64,000 nucleotides of DNA from Longimicrobiales bacterium (lineage in GTDB: Bacteria; Gemmatimonadota; Gemmatimonadetes; Longimicrobiales; Gaopeijiaceae), in contig CBDCNQ010000004.1 in assembly GCA_965219445.1 (NCBI GenBank), positions 832,001-896,000 on the forward strand. Reading direction: 5' to 3'. Below are positions 47,639-57,019 of the stretch, in pieces. The notes under the pieces are model-generated. The model saw only the letters and a program-made list of their open reading frames with translations. It was not told the DNA's origin and did no database searches. The translations under genes were made by a program, and so were the position numbers. How positions within the stretch are numbered: position 1 is the first letter of the stretch; the number at the start of each line of letters is the position of its first letter.

Positions 47639-50524
47639 TCAGCCCACGGCCCCGCCCGCCGCCGTGCCCAATGCCGCGCCTGCTGCCCCGACCAGCACCT
47701 CGGCGAGATACCGCCCGGTCGCGCTCTCGGGAATGGAGACCACGGCCTCCGGACGTCCCATCGCCACCACCTGTCCTCCTTGGGCGCCCGCCCCAGGCCC
47801 CAGGTCGATGACCCAGTCGGCCGCCTTGACGACTTCCAGATTGTGCTCGATCACGAGCACGGAGTTGCCTGCATCCACCAGCCGGTTCAACACCTGAAGA
47901 AGCTTCCTTATATCCTCGCCCGAAAGACCGGTCGTCGGCTCGTCCAAGATGTAGAGCTTACGTCCCTTCTTTCCGGAGGCACCCGCCAACTCGCGAGCAA
48001 TCTTGAGCCGCTGGGCCTCACCCCCGGACAGGGTGGGGGCCGGCTGCCCGAGCTTGACGTAACCGAGACCGACCTGCTGAAGCTGCCAGAGAATCCGCCC
48101 CAGCCGGGTCTGGCCGATGAAAAAACGGATCGCCTCATCGACCGTAATGTCAAGCACCTGCGCCACGTTCCGTCCCTTGAAGTGCACGTCCAGCAACTCG
48201 GAGCGGTAGCGCGTGCCGCGGCAGGCATCGCACTGGACGTAGACGTCGGCCATGAAGATCATCTCGATCTCGACGTATCCCGCCCCCTGGCATGCCTCGC
48301 ATCGGCCGCCCTTGACGTTGAATGAGAAGGCCCCCGCGCTATACCCCCGCTCGCGGGCGAGTGGCTGGGCTGCGAACAACTTCCGGACTTCATCCCACGC
48401 CTTGATGTACGTGACCGGGTTGGACCGTGGTGTTCGCCCGATCGGAGACTGATCGACTAAAACGACCTCGTCGATCATGGAGGCCCCTTCGAGGGAGCCA
48501 ACGTCGCCAATCAACTCGCCAAGGTGCTCACGGGCACTCGTCTCGCCACCCTTCAGCTCCCGCTCCAAAGCACGGTAGAGGACGTCGTGAACCAGCGTCG
48601 ACTTTCCGGACCCCGACACCCCAGTTACGACGGTCATCGCTACGAGCGGAATTTCTACATCGACACCCTCGAGGTTGTGGAGGCGCCCACCGGCGAGGCT
48701 CAGCCTGGGTCCATCCACCCGCCTTCGTTCATCAGGAACCGGAATTTCGGATCGCCCCGAGATGTACCGCCCGGTGGTGCTGTCGGCTCCGGCGAGCTCG
48801 TCGGGGGAACCCTGGAAGACGACACTGCCACCCTTCTCCCCCGAGGCGGGACCCAACTCGAGGACGTGGTCGGCTTCACGGATGGCTAGGGGGTCATGCT
48901 CGACGACCACTACGGAGTTCCCCGCATCGCGCAGTTGCCCGAGAAGCGTCAGGAGGGCCGACGTGTCTTTGGGGTGGAGCCCCACGGTCGGCTCATCGAG
49001 GACGTACAGCGTGTCCACGAGCCGAGAGCCCAGCGAGTTGGCGAGATTGATGCGCTGGGCTTCACCCCCGGAAAGGGTTCGCATCTGGCGGTCCAGAGAG
49101 ACGTATCCGAGGCCCACGTCGACGAGGAAAGCCAGGCGAGCGTGTAGTTCCCGGAGAATCGTCTCCGCGATCTGCGCCTCCATCTCACTCAACTCGAGCC
49201 CGGCGACCCATATCTGGACCCGCTCGATTGGTAGCCTGCTCACCTCGGCGATGGACCGATCGCCGATCTTGATGTTGAGCGCCCCGGGTCGAATTCGTGC
49301 ACCGCCGCAGTCGCGGCATACCTGCGGGCTCTGGTACTGACGAAGAAACACACGGATGTATTGCTTGTAGCGCTTCCGCTCCCGCCCGACCAGGAACGGG
49401 ATTACCCCCTTGAAGCCCTTTGCTCCGTAGAGGACGCTCTCCCGGAAGTCCTCGGGAAGCTCCGCCCACGGACAGTAAAGCGACGCTCCCTGGTCCAGGG
49501 TGAAGGTGCGCAGATTCGCCCGCTCACGGCGATAGCGGGGCTTGGACCAGGGATCGACCGCTCCGTCGTCGATCGAGCGGGCGGGATTCGGTACGATGAG
49601 ATCGACGTCGTAGTCCAGCGTGGCGCCGAAGCCCGTACACAGCGGGCACGAGCCGTACGGATTGTTGAAGGAGAACAGTTGCGGCGTCGCCTCGAAGAAC
49701 TCGATATCCGGGTGTTTCGGGCAACGGAAGTGCTCGGTGAACGCCAGGCGTTCGGTGACCTCGCGAGAAGGAGAGTCGCAACCCCCGCCGTGGATCAGTA
49801 CGATGGCCTCGCCCTCACCCTCGATGAAGCAGGTGCTCAGCGAGTCGGCCAGGCGATCGCGGTCCTCGGCGGAAATCGTCAGACGATCCACGACGACGAG
49901 CGCCTCCGTGGTCTCTGTGAGATCGCAGCCAACGTCCTCCACGGTGTCAGCGCCGTCCTCGCCGAGATCCACCAACACTCCACCCGCGAGGATCCGAACG
50001 AACCCCATCGCCCGAAGGTTCTCGACCACGAGCGAGTGCTTCACGCGGCCCGAAAGCTTCAAGGGAAAGGTCACCTGGATGGGGGTGCCCTCGGGCAAGG
50101 CGAGCACGCGGCCGACGGCGCTCGTCACGGAATCGGGGCGCACCTCGTCGGCACACTCCGGACAGTACGTACGACCCACCCGCGCCCAAAGCAGCCGAAG
50201 GTAGTCGTAGACCTCGGTCGCAGTTCCCACCGTGGAGCGACTCGACTTGGTGGGATTCTTCTGCTCGATGGCCACGGCGGGCGAGATCCCCTCGACCGAG
50301 TCGACATCGGGCTTCTCCATGCGCTCGAGAAACTGCTTCGCGTAGGTGGAGAGCGACTCGACGTACCGGCGCTGCCCCTCCGCGAACAGGGTGTCCAGCG
50401 CCAGCGAAGACTTACCGGATCCGGAGGGCCCGGTGATCACCGTGAGGGATCGCCTGGGTAGGTCGATGTCCAGATTCTTGAGGTTGTGCTGGCGCGCACC
50501 GCGAATGCGGATCCAATCGTCCAT
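47639..50524 (-). CDS. uvrA: Excinuclease ABC subunit A
   Basis: GARQHNLKN, two Walker A motifs (GPSGSGKS, GVSGSGKS), LSGGEAQR twice, Zn fingers. Confidence 0.96.
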   Translation of the reverse strand: MDDWIRIRGARQHNLKNLDIDLPRRSLTVITGPSGSGKSSLALDTLFAEGQRRYVESLSTYAKQFLERMEKPDVDSVEGISPAVAIEQKNPTKSSRSTVGTATEVYDYLRLLWARVGRTYCPECADEVRPDSVTSAVGRVLALPEGTPIQVTFPLKLSGRVKHSLVVENLRAMGFVRILAGGVLVDLGEDGADTVEDVGCDLTETTEALVVVDRLTISAEDRDRLADSLSTCFIEGEGEAIVLIHGGGCDSPSREVTERLAFTEHFRCPKHPDIEFFEATPQLFSFNNPYGSCPLCTGFGATLDYDVDLIVPNPARSIDDGAVDPWSKPRYRRERANLRTFTLDQGASLYCPWAELPEDFRESVLYGAKGFKGVIPFLVGRERKRYKQYIRVFLRQYQSPQVCRDCGGARIRPGALNIKIGDRSIAEVSRLPIERVQIWVAGLELSEMEAQIAETILRELHARLAFLVDVGLGYVSLDRQMRTLSGGEAQRINLANSLGSRLVDTLYVLDEPTVGLHPKDTSALLTLLGQLRDAGNSVVVVEHDPLAIREADHVLELGPASGEKGGSVVFQGSPDELAGADSTTGRYISGRSEIPVPDERRRVDGPRLSLAGGRLHNLEGVDVEIPLVAMTVVTGVSGSGKSTLVHDVLYRALERELKGGETSAREHLGELIGDVGSLEGASMIDEVVLVDQSPIGRTPRSNPVTYIKAWDEVRKLFAAQPLARERGYSAGAFSFNVKGGRCEACQGAGYVEIEMIFMADVYVQCDACRGTRYRSELLDVHFKGRNVAQVLDITVDEAIRFFIGQTRLGRILWQLQQVGLGYVKLGQPAPTLSGGEAQRLKIARELAGASGKKGRKLYILDEPTTGLSGEDIRKLLQVLNRLVDAGNSVLVIEHNLEVVKAADWVIDLGPGAGAQGGQVVAMGRPEAVVSIPESATGRYLAEVLVGAAGAALGTAAGGAVG

Positions 50525-50660
50525 GCACGAAATAGCACAGTAATCCAGGAGCCGCGCAACGGCCGCTCTTCGGAACACCCCCGCCAGCCAACGGGTAGCC
50601 CGACGCCCACGCCACCGTCGTCAGCCGTGTCGTCATCCACTCATCGAGGGAGCTCGCGAA

Positions 50661-52532
50661 GTGCCTTCACCGCAGGGCGACTTTCAGGAGGAAGAGGCGC
50701 TCGGAAAGGCGTACGATGCCCGCCTGATGAGGCGGCTGCTGCATTACCTGCGCCCGTACCGATACCAGGTCGTCTTGGCGATCATGATTCTCGTAGCCTC
50801 GTCACTTTTTCAGGTCGTCGGGCCGTGGTTGACCCAGATCGCCATCGACGACGTGATCCCGAACCGCAACACGTCCCTGCTGGCGACACTCGCTGCCGCA
50901 TACCTCGCGTCGGTCGTGGCCGCCTTTCTTCTACTCTATGCCCAGAACATCCTCACGACCTGGCTCGGCCAGCGGGTCATGTACGACCTACGTAAGGAAA
51001 TCTTCGGAAAACTCCAGCGGCTCGACCTGGGCTTCTACGACAGGAGTCCGGTGGGGCGTCTCATGACCCGCATCACGAGTGACGTCGAGACGCTGAACGA
51101 GCTCTTCAGTTCAGGGGTCGTCGCGATTTTCGGCGACCTTTTCACACTGGGCTTCATCTTCAGCGCCATGCTCTACATGGACTGGAGGCTCGCGCTGATC
51201 ACCTTCAGCGTGCTGCCGTTCGTGGTGCTCACGGCCTTCCTCTTTCGGGCCAAGCTCCGCAGCGCCTACCGCGACATCCGCGTCCGGTTGGCACGCATCA
51301 ACGCGTACCTCCACGAACGCATCACGGGGATCGTGGTGGTCAAACTCTTCAACCGGGAGAAGCACGACGCGGAGCGTCACGCTGCGATCAACCAGGACTA
51401 CCTGGAGGCCCACCTCCGGTCGATCACCTATTACGCGCTCTTCTTCCCGGTGATCGAGCTCTTCACCGCCATCGCGCTGGCGCTGATCATCTGGAGGGGG
51501 GGCGCCAACATACTCGAGGGCGTGGTGACCGTAGGCGTGCTGGCCGCCTTCATCCAATACGCCCGCCGTTTTTTCCGGCCCATCCAGGATCTCTCGGAGA
51601 AATACAACCTACTTCAGTCGGCCATGGCATCGTCCGAACGGATATTCAAGCTGATCGACCGTGAGATCGGGATCGTGGACCCACCGGATCCGGTGTCCCT
51701 GAAACGGCCGGTGCGCGGCGAGATCGAGTTCCAAGGCGTCTGGTTCGCGTACGGCAATCGTGCGGAAGAAGGGACCGAGGACGACGCCTCTGCCCGCGGC
51801 GCCCCGACCGACGGCGCTACGACCGACGGCGGAAATTGGGACTGGGTTTTGAGGGACGTCAGCTTCCGCGCCGCGCCAGGGGAGCGGCTGGCGATCGTGG
51901 GACACACCGGAGCCGGAAAGACGACGATCATCCACCTCCTCATGCGTTTTTATCAGCCGCAACGGGGCCGCATCCTACTCGACGGCGAGCTGATCGATCG
52001 GCTACGGCTGGATGAGCTTCGTGAGCACATCGGCCTGGTACTCCAGGACGTGTTCCTCTTCAGTCAGGACGTAGCCCATAACATCCGGCTCGGGGCGCAG
52101 GACATCTCAGCGGATCGTGTGCGCGAGGCGGCCGAGCGGATTGGAGCCGCACCCTTCATCGAGCGCCTGACGGATGGGTACAACCAGGAACTCGGCGAAC
52201 GCGGAGCGACCCTGTCGGTGGGGGAACGCCAGCTCGTGTCCTTCGCGCGGGCACTGGCGTTCGACCCCCGGGTCCTGGTGCTCGACGAAGCCACGAGCTC
52301 GGTTGATTCAGAGATCGAGGCCAAAATCGAGGAGGCCACCAATGCGCTTATGGCCGGTAGGACCTCCATAGTGATCGCCCACCGTCTGTCGACGGTCCTG
52401 GGGGCGGACCACATCGTGGTGTTGCACCACGGGGCGTTGTGCGAGGAGGGGACCCACGAAGAGCTGCTGGAGCATGGTGGGCTCTACGCCCGACTGCACG
52501 AGTTACAGTTCGCGAGGACACCGGCGGCGTAA
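50661..52532 (+). CDS. ABC exporter, fused permease/ATPase
   Basis: TM domain; GHTGAGKT, LSVGERQ, LDEAT, IAHRLST. Confidence 0.93.
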   Translation: MPSPQGDFQEEEALGKAYDARLMRRLLHYLRPYRYQVVLAIMILVASSLFQVVGPWLTQIAIDDVIPNRNTSLLATLAAAYLASVVAAFLLLYAQNILTTWLGQRVMYDLRKEIFGKLQRLDLGFYDRSPVGRLMTRITSDVETLNELFSSGVVAIFGDLFTLGFIFSAMLYMDWRLALITFSVLPFVVLTAFLFRAKLRSAYRDIRVRLARINAYLHERITGIVVVKLFNREKHDAERHAAINQDYLEAHLRSITYYALFFPVIELFTAIALALIIWRGGANILEGVVTVGVLAAFIQYARRFFRPIQDLSEKYNLLQSAMASSERIFKLIDREIGIVDPPDPVSLKRPVRGEIEFQGVWFAYGNRAEEGTEDDASARGAPTDGATTDGGNWDWVLRDVSFRAAPGERLAIVGHTGAGKTTIIHLLMRFYQPQRGRILLDGELIDRLRLDELREHIGLVLQDVFLFSQDVAHNIRLGAQDISADRVREAAERIGAAPFIERLTDGYNQELGERGATLSVGERQLVSFARALAFDPRVLVLDEATSSVDSEIEAKIEEATNALMAGRTSIVIAHRLSTVLGADHIVVLHHGALCEEGTHEELLEHGGLYARLHELQFARTPAA

Positions 52533-52541
52533 TTGAGCCGG

Positions 52542-54320
52542 TTAGCGCAGCCCTCCCCCGTCAGCTTCCGGGCGCGCCATTTCGGCCCCCAGGCTCTCCA
52601 CAACCGCGGCGGCCGCGGCCGCCAAGCTGTCCGCAACGGCCACTGCCGCAATGCTATCCGCCACTGCCCGGGCCAACGCCCGCTCCTCGGCTTCCAGCAC
52701 CATCGCCGAATACCGTTCGGACACGGGCACGATCCTTCCTCCGACGCGCATGTCCGGCTCGAACCCCGCCGGATAGCCCTCCGCGGGCTCGAGCGCGGCC
52801 TCGGTATAGCGGCTCGAGGCGTTCCAGAGTAGCCACTCGTCGATGCCGGCATCGTAGGTGGCCTGAATCTGTGCCCGGACCTCCGGCGCTTCGTATCGGG
52901 GCGAACCCAGCGTGAAGTCCTGGAGCCAAGGCCGCGTGGCACCAGCACCCTCGACGGCCTTGGAGCGCTCCAATCCAGCCACGAGCGCCTCCCGCACGAT
53001 TTCATACGGGTGACCGTTCGGGTCCAGAATGCCGAAGCTCCCTACCCAATAGTGGGACGGATAGACCATGGGGAGCGCCACCTCGACGGAACCGATGAAG
53101 CGCTCCCAGTACTGGCCGATCCCCACGTCGCCCTCGGCGGACGTCGTGGCCCCGAAGACATCCAACGTCATGGCGACGCCGGAATCCTCCAGTGCGGCCC
53201 GAGCGTAGTCCAGAAACGCCTCGACGGCGTCTCTGCGACGGCGCCCCTCGGCACCCGGGAAAGTGGCCCGGGCGAGATCCTCTTGGGGCGCGTCCGCGAA
53301 ACGGACGTAGTCCCACTGGATCTCAGGGAAGCCGACTGCAGCAGCCTCCTTCGCCAGCTCGACGTGGTAATCCCATACGCGCTGATCGTGGAGGTTGGCC
53401 CAGAGCAGCCCCTTGCTGTCCACCCAGACGCCGCCCGCCGTGTCCTGCACCGCCCAATCCGGCTTTGATCGGATCAGAAGCGGATCCTTGACCATTACGA
53501 TGCGGGCGATCGGATAGATGCCCTCCTTATGAAGCCGCTCGAGGAGCCCTACCAAGTCCCGAATGCGAATCTCCTGATCCGCGCCCGCCTCCTGCGCCGT
53601 CATCACCTCGGTCGGATAGCTCACGTAGCCCGAGGCGTCCTTGAGGTCGATCACGAACGAGTTGACTTCGGTCCGGGCCGCGAGATCGATGAGCGCCTGC
53701 GAGCGGGTGCTAGACCCGGCCGCCCAAGCGTTCACATAAACGCCCTTGACCGCATCGGGCCTGACGAACTCCAGGGGCTCCTCCGGCAGGACCAACCGCG
53801 GCACGGAGCCACCCCCACCGGTCCGGGCTGTTGGCGCGGGAAGGTTCTCGCTCCAATCCTCGGCGAGCCAGGCCAGGGTCCTTTCGCGCCTGCTCACCTG
53901 GGGCTCGTCCTCATCCTCGGCTTGGCTGTCGTCATCTTTGGTGGCGCCGTCGTCATCGTCTGCAACCTCGGCCTGGCCGTCGTCGGTGTCGTGGTCGGCA
54001 CCATGATCGGGATCGGGATCGTCTCCGCTGTGCGCTTCGACGGTATCACCACGACTCACGATGGGTGATCCCTGTTGAGCTTCGGATGAGGCCCGCCTCT
54101 GGAGCACGGGCCTTCCGCTGGCTGCCCTTGAAGTAGGGACCAGATTCTCGGCGACCATGTCCGGGTTCGTCCTCACGTCCGACGCGAGCGCCGATGAGGT
54201 CAAGGCCGCTCCGGGCTCGGACGCCTGGCCCGGCTGAGCCGAATCACTCCCGCACGCGGACAAGAGCACGAGAAGAGTCGCCGTCGAAAGCGGTGGATAT
54301 CGGAAAAGCTGCGGTCGCAA
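52542..54320 (-). CDS. Putative glycoside hydrolase (DUF4015-like) lipoprotein
   Basis: Lipobox LSAC and acidic linker; VIDLKD, EIQWDYVRF, PMVYPSHY, RPWLQDF, WLLWNA. Confidence 0.8.
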   Translation of the reverse strand: MRPQLFRYPPLSTATLLVLLSACGSDSAQPGQASEPGAALTSSALASDVRTNPDMVAENLVPTSRAASGRPVLQRRASSEAQQGSPIVSRGDTVEAHSGDDPDPDHGADHDTDDGQAEVADDDDGATKDDDSQAEDEDEPQVSRRERTLAWLAEDWSENLPAPTARTGGGGSVPRLVLPEEPLEFVRPDAVKGVYVNAWAAGSSTRSQALIDLAARTEVNSFVIDLKDASGYVSYPTEVMTAQEAGADQEIRIRDLVGLLERLHKEGIYPIARIVMVKDPLLIRSKPDWAVQDTAGGVWVDSKGLLWANLHDQRVWDYHVELAKEAAAVGFPEIQWDYVRFADAPQEDLARATFPGAEGRRRRDAVEAFLDYARAALEDSGVAMTLDVFGATTSAEGDVGIGQYWERFIGSVEVALPMVYPSHYWVGSFGILDPNGHPYEIVREALVAGLERSKAVEGAGATRPWLQDFTLGSPRYEAPEVRAQIQATYDAGIDEWLLWNASSRYTEAALEPAEGYPAGFEPDMRVGGRIVPVSERYSAMVLEAEERALARAVADSIAAVAVADSLAAAAAAVVESLGAEMARPEADGGGLR

Positions 54321-54322
54321 AG

Positions 54323-55726
54323 TCAGATCTCCCCTTCGGAGAGAGTCCCCCGCTGATCTTGGCCGGGCAAGAACCGGGTGATCAGGTCGGCCGTGCACTC
54401 GGCCGATCCTCGACGATGTTCAATATACTCCATGGCACGCTGACTGGCGTCCTCATTTTTTCTTCGTACCTCGAGCCACTCCGTCAGAGCGTGGGTGAGC
54501 GCCTCTGCATCCGTAACTGAACGCGCAGCACCAGCGGCCAGAAGGCGAGTCGCATGGACCGAGCCCCGGTACCTAGGTCCGATGAGCAACGGCAACGCGG
54601 CCGCCGCCGGCTCGAGCACAGAGTGAAGGCCACCTGTGTGAAATCCCCCGCCCACGTAGGCTACTGACGCCAGCGTGTAGAGGTCGGGCAGCACGCCGAC
54701 GCGGTCCACGAGAATCGCGTCGGCACCATGGTCCGCCCGACCGTCGAGGGCTTCCTCGGCTCCCTCGGCTCGCTCGGCTCCCTCGACTCCCTCAGCCTCA
54801 CTGGCTCTCTCGATTTCCCCGAGGAGTGCGGGTGTCCATCCATCTGCCGCCAACGCCCGACCGAGTCCGGCGAAGTCGTAGACGTCAGGCTCGTGAGGGG
54901 CCAAGACGATCCGTAGCCCAGGGACCGACTCGCGTACGCGAGCCACCGCCGGGAGGAGCACCTCCACGTCCGACGGCCACGTCGAGCCAGCGACCAGGAT
55001 CGGCCCTCGTTCGCCACCGAAGATGCGCATATGGGGTGCCTCGCGGTCGATTCCAGCCACGCGGTCCCGAACCGCGTCGATCCCGGGGTCACCGGTCACC
55101 GTCACGCGATCGCTCGTCACCCCGAGGAGACCAAATCGCTCACCGTCCTCCTTGGATACCGCGGCGACCGCTCGAAGGCTCCGAAACGCGGCGCCAAGCA
55201 GGAGCCGGCCCGGCCAACTGAGCCTTCCCGCCCCTTCCGGCATCGTACCCGCAATGAGGACGGTCGGCACGCCGCGAACTCCCGCCTCTTCGGCCAGGGT
55301 CGGCCAGACCTCGCGCTGCGTGAAGACGATGACGGACGGCATAAAGGCGTCCAGGACGGGTCCCATCACTCCGGGAAGATCCCACGGCAGGTAGGAACAC
55401 ACGTCAGCTGGAAAATCCTCGCACACGCGCTCGGCGGAGGGTGAGAAGAACGTGAAGACGACCTGGAGCCCGGGTGTGCGCCTGCGAAGTACGTCGATGA
55501 CGGCTCGAGCCTGGATCGATTCACCGACCGATGAGGCGTGGACCCAGATAACAAGCGGATCGACAGAGGCCGTGGCGCTGGCGCGCCCCCATGCAGATAA
55601 CCGCCCGTGGGCATCACGCCTGCCCCGCAGTCCCCGGGAAAGCTTGGACTCCCCGCCAATCATGGCCGGAGACAGGGCGCGAAAAACCCGCAACGCGGTT
55701 CGGTACAACGCCTGGGGAAGTGCCAT
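54323..55726 (-). CDS. waaA: 3-deoxy-D-manno-octulosonic acid transferase
   Basis: WVHASSVGE, TFFSPS, YLPWD, AGSTW, YVGGGF, HSVLEPA. ORF open to 55849. Confidence 0.88.
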   Translation of the reverse strand: MALPQALYRTALRVFRALSPAMIGGESKLSRGLRGRRDAHGRLSAWGRASATASVDPLVIWVHASSVGESIQARAVIDVLRRRTPGLQVVFTFFSPSAERVCEDFPADVCSYLPWDLPGVMGPVLDAFMPSVIVFTQREVWPTLAEEAGVRGVPTVLIAGTMPEGAGRLSWPGRLLLGAAFRSLRAVAAVSKEDGERFGLLGVTSDRVTVTGDPGIDAVRDRVAGIDREAPHMRIFGGERGPILVAGSTWPSDVEVLLPAVARVRESVPGLRIVLAPHEPDVYDFAGLGRALAADGWTPALLGEIERASEAEGVEGAERAEGAEEALDGRADHGADAILVDRVGVLPDLYTLASVAYVGGGFHTGGLHSVLEPAAAALPLLIGPRYRGSVHATRLLAAGAARSVTDAEALTHALTEWLEVRRKNEDASQRAMEYIEHRRGSAECTADLITRFLPGQDQRGTLSEGEI

Positions 55727-55912
55727 GGCGGACGATGCCCCTCCGGCAAGCTGCTCCACAAGGCTGCTTGCCAAAGACCTTGTGTCTAGATTCTCGTACA
55801 GAGGCGGCCCCTGCGGTCTGGACTCCGTAGTGGAGTTGTGGAGCACCATATCTTATGACATAGGTATTACATAGGGAGTCGAAGCTCTAAGACATCGAGG
55901 ACAGCTTACGTC

Positions 55913-57019
55913 ATGCGACAGGGGAGTACGTTGCGAGAGATCAATGGCGCCATGAACCGACGGTTCTGGGTGCGCTTTTCGATGGGCGCCGGCGCCGTGG
56001 TCCTGATCGCCTCCCTCGCCTCGGCGTGCTCGCCCTTGTACGTGATCCGCGCGGGCATCGCAGAGGCGAAGATCCTGCGTGCCCGTCGCCCCATCCCCGA
56101 GGTAATTCTCGATCCCGCCACCGATGATCGCGCCAAAACCAAGCTCACGTTCGTGATGGAGGCGCGGATTTACGCCATCGACGTGTTCGGACTCGACGTC
56201 GGGCGCTCATACACGTCCTTTACCCAACTGGAGTCCGACACACTCGCCATGGTCCTTTCCGCGGCCCAGCAAGACCAACTCACGCCGAAGACGTGGTGGT
56301 TTCCGATCGTTGGGAGGGTCCCATACAAGGGGTACTTCGATGAGGGCGCCGCGATGCGGGAGCAGGAGAAGCTCGAGGAGGATGGCTTCGATACTTTTCT
56401 GCGGCCCACCGCAGCGTTTAGTACGCTCGGGTGGTTCGCGGATCCGCTTCTGTCCACACTCATGCGGCTCGATGAGGTCGATCTGGTCGAAACCGTGCTT
56501 CACGAGCTGGCCCATAACCACCTCTTCGTGAAGGGACAGGTCCGGTTCAACGAGAGCTTCGCCACGTTCGTCGGGAGAGCGGGCGCGATCGAATTCTTCT
56601 GCAACCGCGAGGGGGGCGGCCCCGATACGGTGAAGTGCCTCCGGGCTCAAGCCCGCTGGCGCGACCACCGACGGTTCGAGGACTTCATCAACGGTCTCGT
56701 GGAGGAGCTGCAGGTCGTATACCAGGACACGACGGTCACGTTCGACACCAAGCTTTCTGAGCGAGAGCGCATTTTCGACGAAAGCTTGGAGAGATTCGCG
56801 ACCGAGGTCCAGCCCTCCTTTGAAGCGAGCACGTACCAGAACTTTCTGGTCGTTCCGCTCAACAACGCCACGTTGTTGACACGCGTCCGCTACAACCACC
56901 GCCTGCAGGACTTCCAGACCCTCATGGAGCGGGAGGGCGACCTGCGCCGGGCCGTACAATACCTCAAGGACGGCGTGGACGGCGTGGACGATCCATTCGA
57001 CCTGCTTCCCGTCGGTTGA
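55913..57019 (+). CDS. Putative zinc aminopeptidase
   Basis: WWFPIVGRVPYKGYF, AFSTLGWFADP, HELAH..FNESFA. Alternative start 55952. Confidence 0.85.
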   Translation: MRQGSTLREINGAMNRRFWVRFSMGAGAVVLIASLASACSPLYVIRAGIAEAKILRARRPIPEVILDPATDDRAKTKLTFVMEARIYAIDVFGLDVGRSYTSFTQLESDTLAMVLSAAQQDQLTPKTWWFPIVGRVPYKGYFDEGAAMREQEKLEEDGFDTFLRPTAAFSTLGWFADPLLSTLMRLDEVDLVETVLHELAHNHLFVKGQVRFNESFATFVGRAGAIEFFCNREGGGPDTVKCLRAQARWRDHRRFEDFINGLVEELQVVYQDTTVTFDTKLSERERIFDESLERFATEVQPSFEASTYQNFLVVPLNNATLLTRVRYNHRLQDFQTLMEREGDLRRAVQYLKDGVDGVDDPFDLLPVG

